Notes under the pieces: generated by a model
Seen by the model: the letters and a program-made list of their open reading frames with translations, nothing else
What the model was told of the DNA's origin: nothing
Database searches by the model: none
In this document: in pieces, positions 58,431 to 64,000 of the stretch
Layout: every line of letters starts with the position of its first letter
How positions within the stretch are numbered: the stretch's first letter is position 1
Made by a program: the position numbers and the translations under genes
Assembly (NCBI GenBank): GCA_003152315.1
Contig: PLZV01000037.1
Location: forward strand, 41,679 to 105,678
Length of the DNA: 64,000 bases
Source of the DNA: Verrucomicrobiota bacterium
GTDB taxonomy: Bacteria > Verrucomicrobiota > Verrucomicrobiia > Palsa-1439
Direction: 5' to 3'

Positions 58431-58694
58431 CTAAAACTCAGCGTGAATGAACTCCTCCAGTTTCGTGCGTACGGTCGGCGGAATCTCCACCCGGTTACAA
58501 CAGAACCGCCGGGTGACGTCGATGGTTTGACGGTAGGTGCGCAGGAACTCAATGCATGGCGGGCAATCGCGAAAATGGTCGTCGAGACGGTGCTTTACCT
58601 CCGGCTCGAGGGTCCCTTGCACATAATCAAACAACAGCCTTTCGACGTCGCAACAGCCGAGCACCGATCCAAGGAACTTCTCAAGAGGATTCAC
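58431..58694 (-). CDS. second zf-HC2-type anti-sigma factor paralog
   Basis: HFRDCPPCIEFLRTYRQT, the same Hx3Cx2C architecture as 57447-57734. Confidence 0.55.
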   Translation of the reverse strand: MNPLEKFLGSVLGCCDVERLLFDYVQGTLEPEVKHRLDDHFRDCPPCIEFLRTYRQTIDVTRRFCCNRVEIPPTVRTKLEEFIHAEF

Positions 58695-58754
58695 TTACAA
58701 GTTAGATGCCGTGGCATCGAGGAACGATTCACATGAAGCAAATATCTCAAGCGC

Positions 58755-60962
58755 ATGTATAGTGGGAGGGTAATGACGAAAGTTTTGCACCGCAGACTAC
58801 TCTTTACCGGTCTGGCGGGTGTGGTATCTTGCGTCGTCATGGCTGGCGACACCACCTCGCGCAAACCGAATCGTTTGATTCATGAGAAGAGCCCGTATCT
58901 GTTGCAGCACGCCTACAATCCTGTGGATTGGTATCCGTGGGGGGAAGAGGCGTTTGCCCGGGCGCGCAAGGAGGACAAGCCGATCTTTCTGTCCATCGGC
59001 TATTCGACCTGCCACTGGTGCCATGTCATGGAGCGCGAGTCGTTTGAGAATGAGGACATCGCCGCCGTGATGAACCAATACTTCGTTTGCATCAAGGTGG
59101 ACCGCGAAGAACGTCCGGACATCGACAAGGTTTACATGACGGCGGTGCAGGCCACGACCGGCAGCGGTGGCTGGCCGATGAGTGTGTGGCTGACGCCGGA
59201 GCTGAAGCCGTTTTTTTGCGGCACGTACTTTCCGCCGGACTCGCGCTACGGGCGCCCCGGTTTCAAGGATTTGCTCCAGCGCGTGCACGACGTCTGGGAG
59301 GGGAACCACGATGGCGTGCTCGCCCAAGCCGGCAAGATTGTGGAAACAATCAACCAATACTCGAGCATCGGTACGAATGGCTCTCCGAACCTACCACTCG
59401 ATGACACGCCGCTCAGCGCGGGCTTTGATCAGTTCCGGACCTCCTACGACGCCGTGCACGGCGGATTCAGCATGGCGCCGAAGTTCCCGCGACCGGTCGC
59501 TTTGAATTTTCTCTTTCGCTATCAGGCGCGAACGAATGAAGTCACGGCGCGCGAGATGGCGCTGCACACGTTGCGAGCGATGGGTGAAGGCGGACTATTC
59601 GATCAACTTGGCGGCGGTTTTCATCGTTACAGCGTCGACCAGAAATGGCTGGTGTCGCATTTTGAAAAGATGCTCTACGACCAGGCGCAGCTCGTCTCCA
59701 GCTACATCGACGCGTATCAGATCACACATGATCCGTTTTATGCCGAGATCGCGCGACGCACATGCGATTACGTGCTGCGCGACATGACGAGTCCCGAAGG
59801 CGGGTTCTATTCGGCGGAGGATGCCGACAGTGAAGGGGTGGAAGGGAAATTCTACGTTTGGACGCGTGACGAGATCGACAAGATCATTGGCGACAAGGAC
59901 AAGGCCGAGATCTTCTGCCGCTACTACGGCGTCGAGGCTGACGGTAATTGGGAGCACGGCAACAATGTGCTGCACGTCGCGCTCACGCTCGCGGAAACCG
60001 CCAAGCAGTTCCACAAGTCGGAGAAAGAGATTGCGGCGGTCCTGGACGGGGGCCGGGCGAAGCTGTTTGCTGCCCGCGAAAAACGGGTGCGACCGCACCG
60101 TGATGAGAAAACCCTGACAGCGTGGAATGGGCTGATGATTTCCGCGTTCGCGCGGGCTGCGCAGGTACTCGATGAGCCCAAATACAGCGCCGCCGCCGAG
60201 CATGCCGCGCATTACATGCTCACCAATCGTCTCAAGGACGGCAAGCTGACCCGCACGGCGACGGTACCAGCGATGGTCGAAGACTATGCGTTCTTTAGTA
60301 ACGGCCTGGTGAATCTCTATGAAGCGGACTTCGATCCACAGTGGTTGGGGAAGGCCACGGAACTCGCTGACGCCATGCTCGCGCAATTCTACGATGCGAA
60401 GGCAGGTGGGTTCTACCAGACGGATGGACGCGACCCAAGCGTTATTGTTCGCTCCAAGGAGGACTACGACGGTGCGGAGCCCAGCGGCAATTCGATGGCG
60501 ACACTGCTACTACTGCGGCTCGCGCAGTTTACCGATCGGGCCGATTATCGTAACGCCGCGGAGAAGACGCTGCAGCTTTTTAGCGGTCATCTGGGCCAGG
60601 CGCCACGGGTTGTGCCGCAGATGCTTTGCGCTCTGGATTTCTACCTCAGCCAGCCGAAGCAGATTGTCGTCGCGGGCAAGGCCGACGCTGCCGACACCCG
60701 CGCCATGCTGCGCACGCTCCACGAGCGATATCTCCCGAACGCGATCGTGATTCTTGCCGAGGGTGGTGAATCGCAGATGGCGCTGGTGAAACTCCTGCCG
60801 TTTCTGGAGACGATCAAGCCAAAGGACGGCAAGACCACCGCCTACGTCTGTGTCAATTACGCCTGCCAGTTACCCACGAGCGACCTGAGCAAGATGCTCG
60901 CGCTGCTACTGCCCGTGCATCCACAGGATCAGCCAGATGGTAGTAAACACCAGCGGCAGTAA
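58755..60962 (+). CDS. thioredoxin-domain protein of the DUF255/YyaL family (N-terminal thioredoxin-like + (alpha/alpha)6 barrel)
   Basis: [44 protein letters not shown], the DUF255 signature. N-terminal signal/TM. Length is typical of the family. Confidence 0.8.
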   Translation: MYSGRVMTKVLHRRLLFTGLAGVVSCVVMAGDTTSRKPNRLIHEKSPYLLQHAYNPVDWYPWGEEAFARARKEDKPIFLSIGYSTCHWCHVMERESFENEDIAAVMNQYFVCIKVDREERPDIDKVYMTAVQATTGSGGWPMSVWLTPELKPFFCGTYFPPDSRYGRPGFKDLLQRVHDVWEGNHDGVLAQAGKIVETINQYSSIGTNGSPNLPLDDTPLSAGFDQFRTSYDAVHGGFSMAPKFPRPVALNFLFRYQARTNEVTAREMALHTLRAMGEGGLFDQLGGGFHRYSVDQKWLVSHFEKMLYDQAQLVSSYIDAYQITHDPFYAEIARRTCDYVLRDMTSPEGGFYSAEDADSEGVEGKFYVWTRDEIDKIIGDKDKAEIFCRYYGVEADGNWEHGNNVLHVALTLAETAKQFHKSEKEIAAVLDGGRAKLFAAREKRVRPHRDEKTLTAWNGLMISAFARAAQVLDEPKYSAAAEHAAHYMLTNRLKDGKLTRTATVPAMVEDYAFFSNGLVNLYEADFDPQWLGKATELADAMLAQFYDAKAGGFYQTDGRDPSVIVRSKEDYDGAEPSGNSMATLLLLRLAQFTDRADYRNAAEKTLQLFSGHLGQAPRVVPQMLCALDFYLSQPKQIVVAGKADAADTRAMLRTLHERYLPNAIVILAEGGESQMALVKLLPFLETIKPKDGKTTAYVCVNYACQLPTSDLSKMLALLLPVHPQDQPDGSKHQRQ

Positions 60963-61382
60963 CAGGGGAGCGACGAGGCCGAACCAGCGGGTCGGTGCAG
61001 CGGTCATGATTGGCGGCAAGGCGTCTTCTTCCGGACCAAAACGGGAACGGTAGTCGTTGCGCAGACGGCGCATGGTTAGCACTGCTGCCAGGATGCTGAT
61101 GTAGATGAGAACGCATGTCAGCATGGCCACGATAGGAATCAGCTGAAACACCAGTTGCAGTTGTTCTCCGAAGTGCAGGCGGGCGGGTTGCGGCGGCTGC
61201 GTCATCAGGCCGTTCGACACAATGGCGTAGGCGGTGAAGAGAAATGATTGTGACGCTACAAGCCACGAGAGCCGCTGCACGATCAGGTTGTCCTCATGTT
61301 CGATGCGCTCGCGGACGAGGTTGTAATACTCCAGCGCCGAGAGCGGGGTATTCATCAGGGGCGCATTCATGATTACGACCAT
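60906..61382 (-). CDS. hypothetical 4-TM membrane protein
   Basis: Four hydrophobic helices. Its 3' end overlaps the convergent DUF255 gene by 57 bp, which lowers confidence. Confidence 0.35.
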   Translation of the reverse strand: MVVIMNAPLMNTPLSALEYYNLVRERIEHEDNLIVQRLSWLVASQSFLFTAYAIVSNGLMTQPPQPARLHFGEQLQLVFQLIPIVAMLTCVLIYISILAAVLTMRRLRNDYRSRFGPEEDALPPIMTAAPTRWFGLVAPLLLPLVFTTIWLILWMHGQ

Positions 61383-61477
61383 TACACGGATTTCGGGCCG
61401 TGCGCCAGCTTAAGCTGAACCCTGCGTCGCGTGCGGAACTGCTTGCCGGGCGGCGGGCGCGTCGTTAGGATGCGCGC

Positions 61478-62152
61478 ATGTTTCGCGCGGAAAACTTCGT
61501 CGACCTGAAGCAGTTCTCCTTCCCGGAGTTATTCGACGGCTGCGAACACGTGTGGGTCGCGCTGAAGAAGCTGCCCGACTTTATCAAGCAACGCCTCAAG
61601 CCCGCGCGATTGTGCACGACCATCGGCGTACCGTACATCGCCGACGATGTATTTGTCGGCAAGGGGACGGTCATCGAGCATGGCGCGGTGATCAAAGGGC
61701 CGGCGATCATCGGCGAGAACTGCCAGATTCGCTCCAGCGCGTATATTCGGGGCGATGTGATCGTGGGCAATGATTGCGTGCTCGGCAATGCGTGCGAATT
61801 CAAGAACGCTGTACTCTTCAACGGCGTGCAAGTTCCCCATTTTAGTTACGTCGGCGATTCCATCCTGGGTTTCAAAACCCACCTCGGCGCAGGTGTGATT
61901 TTGTCGAACGCCAAGTCGATGAAAGGCAACGTCACGGTCAAGTATGGTAACAACATCGACACGGGCTTGCGCAAGTTCGGGGCGATCATCGGCGACGGCT
62001 GCGACATCGGCTGCAACTGCGTGCTGAATCCCGGCTCGATCATCGGGCGCAACTCGGTGCTCTACCCGAACATTCTTTGGCGCGGTGTCTGTCCGGCTGA
62101 CAGCATCGTCAAGTTGCGACAGCAGCTCGAGACCATCGTGCGTCGGAAATGA
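61478..62152 (+). CDS. hexapeptide-repeat (left-handed beta-helix) transferase-family protein
   Basis: Tandem [LIV]-G-x-x-x-x hexads (IGENCQIRSSAYIRGDVIVGNDCVLGNACEFKNAVLFNGVQV...IGDGCDIGCNCVLNPGSIIGRNSVL). Confidence 0.6.
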   Translation: MFRAENFVDLKQFSFPELFDGCEHVWVALKKLPDFIKQRLKPARLCTTIGVPYIADDVFVGKGTVIEHGAVIKGPAIIGENCQIRSSAYIRGDVIVGNDCVLGNACEFKNAVLFNGVQVPHFSYVGDSILGFKTHLGAGVILSNAKSMKGNVTVKYGNNIDTGLRKFGAIIGDGCDIGCNCVLNPGSIIGRNSVLYPNILWRGVCPADSIVKLRQQLETIVRRK

Positions 62153-62862
62153 ACCGCGCGTTGTTGATGTTGCTGATGGTCACGTCGACCGCCGCCGCGC
62201 AGACACAATTCCCTCCGCAGTCGTTCGCGCTTCTTCCGCAAAAGACTGATGGTGGCGTCCTTTTTCAGTGTTACGCGCCCGAGGCGCACGTTGTTTACCT
62301 GGCGGGTGATTTCAATGGTTGGGCCAACAATGTGGATGGTCGCATTACCAATTCCTCGTTCGCCATGAGCGGGCCCGACACCAACGGTGTCTGGCGCAAG
62401 ACCGTGAAGCTCGACGCGGGCGTGTATCGTTTCAAATTCAACGTGAACGGCGAGGGGAATGGATGGTTTGCGCCCGATTCAATTGACGAGCTGGATGGCG
62501 ACAAGAATGCCATTCTCCACATCAGTGCCTCCGGTGACGTGCTCATTCCCAGCGCGCGCAACCCGAAGTGGAAACCGCAACGCACCGCAGGGGGCGTGCT
62601 CTTCACGTGCTACGCGCCGAAGGCGCACCTGGTCTATCTCGCGGGCGATTTCAATGACTGGGGCCACAATCGCGACGGTCTCGTTTTTGACCCGCAGTTC
62701 ATCATGCACGGCCCGGAGGGCGACGGCGTTTGGCGCACGGAAGTCGAGTTGAAGCCGGGCCGACACCGCTACCAATTTGTCATCGACGGCGACCATTGGA
62801 TTGCCGATCCAAACGCCTACGAGACCGACAAGGAAAACCGTTCCGTGGTGGAGGTGAAATGA
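62149..62862 (+). CDS. secreted protein with two tandem CBM48 / AMPK-beta glycogen-binding-type domains
   Basis: Two repeats (VLFQCYAPEAHVVYLAGDFNGW...VWRKTVKLDAGVYRFKFNVNGE and VLFTCYAPKAHLVYLAGDFNDW...VWRTEVELKPGRHRYQFVIDGDHW). Confidence 0.65.
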   Translation: MNRALLMLLMVTSTAAAQTQFPPQSFALLPQKTDGGVLFQCYAPEAHVVYLAGDFNGWANNVDGRITNSSFAMSGPDTNGVWRKTVKLDAGVYRFKFNVNGEGNGWFAPDSIDELDGDKNAILHISASGDVLIPSARNPKWKPQRTAGGVLFTCYAPKAHLVYLAGDFNDWGHNRDGLVFDPQFIMHGPEGDGVWRTEVELKPGRHRYQFVIDGDHWIADPNAYETDKENRSVVEVK

Positions 62863-64000
62863 TGAGGTCGCGTTTCGCTTCGCTACGAGTGACAGTCCTG
62901 GTGCTGGCGCTCGTTGGTTGCGCGCAGACTGGCCGACGGCAAGGCGAAGCTCCGTCCCAACCGCCGGTTGCGTCACGCGTCGTGCGCCTTATCTACGCCG
63001 ACCCATCCCACGGTTATCCACTCGCGGATACCAACGGTGTGACGCCGCTCATTGTCGAATTCAGGGACAACGTGCTGCACAGGAAATTGGCAGGCGGCGA
63101 AGCGCTTTGGGGTTTCGGTGAACGCTTCGATGCGCTGAACATGCGCGGGCGAACGATGGAAAGCTGGATTGTGGACGCATGGGGCGGAGGAAGCCGCTCG
63201 TACATTTGCGCACCGTTTCTTATCAGTAGTGCGGGATACGGGTTATTCGTGAATTGCACGGGCAAGGTGCGATTTGACTGCGGCGCAACGAGCACGAATG
63301 AACTGCGTATCGAGGTTCCCGAGGCGGGACTGGATGTGTTCGTATTCAAAGGCACGCCGCGCGAGATCCTGGCCGAGTACACGAAACTCGTGGGTCGACC
63401 ACGGCCGGTGCCGGATTGGGTGTTCGAGCCGTGGATTTCGCGCAACTCGTACCTCTCGGAGTATGAGATCGACCGCGTGATCGACAAGATGGAAGCGCTC
63501 GGGCTCAAGGCGAGCGCGGTGGTGCTGGAAGCGTGGGCGGAAGGTTTGCAGGATTTCCGTTTCGAACAAGGACGATATCCGAATCCGAAAGAGTGGATCG
63601 AGAAACTGCACGGGCGCGGCTATCACGTTGTCTGCTGGGAGACGCCAAGTCTCTGGGATAGCGCGAGCACCTACCCGGAGGCCAGCACGAATGGCTATCT
63701 CGTGTTGAAGCCCGACGGCAGCGAATTGCGAGTGGACTGGCTGGAGAATGCGGTGAAGATCGATTTCCGCAAGGAGGCGGCGCGATTGTGGTGGCAGAAA
63801 TTGCAGGAGCCGCTGATTGCGATGGGTGTGGACGGCTTCAAGACCGACGGCGGCGAACGGATGCCCGACCCGTGGTTTCATAATCTGCATCCGTTTTATT
63901 ATCAGCGGGCCATGTTGGATGCGTTCCAGGACCTCGGCAAGGTGGGTGTGACGTTTGCGCGGTCTGGCACACCGCCCTGCGCGGGAGACTCGACGTTCTG
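62859..64000 (+). CDS. lipoprotein glycoside hydrolase (TIM-barrel; GH31-like or related), 3'-truncated by window end
   Basis: ATGA overlap with the CBM48 gene. Lipobox LALVGC. GVDGFKTDGGE-type motif. The ORF continues past position 64000. Confidence 0.5.
   Translation, partial: MMRSRFASLRVTVLVLALVGCAQTGRRQGEAPSQPPVASRVVRLIYADPSHGYPLADTNGVTPLIVEFRDNVLHRKLAGGEALWGFGERFDALNMRGRTMESWIVDAWGGGSRSYICAPFLISSAGYGLFVNCTGKVRFDCGATSTNELRIEVPEAGLDVFVFKGTPREILAEYTKLVGRPRPVPDWVFEPWISRNSYLSEYEIDRVIDKMEALGLKASAVVLEAWAEGLQDFRFEQGRYPNPKEWIEKLHGRGYHVVCWETPSLWDSASTYPEASTNGYLVLKPDGSELRVDWLENAVKIDFRKEAARLWWQKLQEPLIAMGVDGFKTDGGERMPDPWFHNLHPFYYQRAMLDAFQDLGKVGVTFARSGTPPCAGDSTF

Overview
This is a GC-rich bacterial window, probably Verrucomicrobia or Planctomycetes. 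The markers for that are prepilin-type '[25 protein letters not shown]' leaders, a PEP-CTERM anchor and GloVer repeats. The left ~26 kb (about 160-25,900) is a lower-GC accessory island bounded by two large serine recombinases. It carries mobilization and replication genes (a replication-relaxation protein, a CHC2/Toprim primase, an ArdC anti-restriction protein, two paralogous VirD4/TraG-like ATPases) and a strongly structured intergenic region (a 38-bp inverted repeat plus iterons) that could be an oriT or att site, but no type IV secretion channel. It therefore looks like an integrative mobilizable element. The standout locus is a compact three-gene minus-strand operon at 6721-9354: a small His-rich protein ending ...LRGG-GRHG, an E2-E1 fusion (Cap2-like: UBC-like Cys plus ThiF Rossmann fold plus CxxC zinc motifs) and a JAB/JAMM peptidase (Cap3-like). 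It is transcribed divergently from an XRE-HTH plus ImmA/IrrE metallopeptidase pair (CapH/CapP-like), and no cGAS/DncV-like cyclase or canonical CBASS effector is visible. This looks like a cyclase-less ubiquitin-like conjugation module carried by a mobile element, and it is the best candidate for an undescribed system. The right half is chromosomal housekeeping and envelope content: tandem pilin-like genes, a PEP-CTERM protein, large secreted repeat proteins, tRNA-Leu/tRNA-Gly with a decayed tyrosine-integrase remnant beside them, a DUF2339/DUF3999 pair, an LplT-PlsC-Aas triple fusion, an ECF sigma factor fused to a huge extracytoplasmic domain, threonine aldolase, an ECF sigma/anti-sigma cluster, a YyaL-like thioredoxin protein and a glycogen/starch-related CBM48 plus glycosidase pair. 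One large GloVer/CBM gene carries three frameshifts, one of them in a G8 homopolymer, so gene boundaries elsewhere should be treated with some caution.
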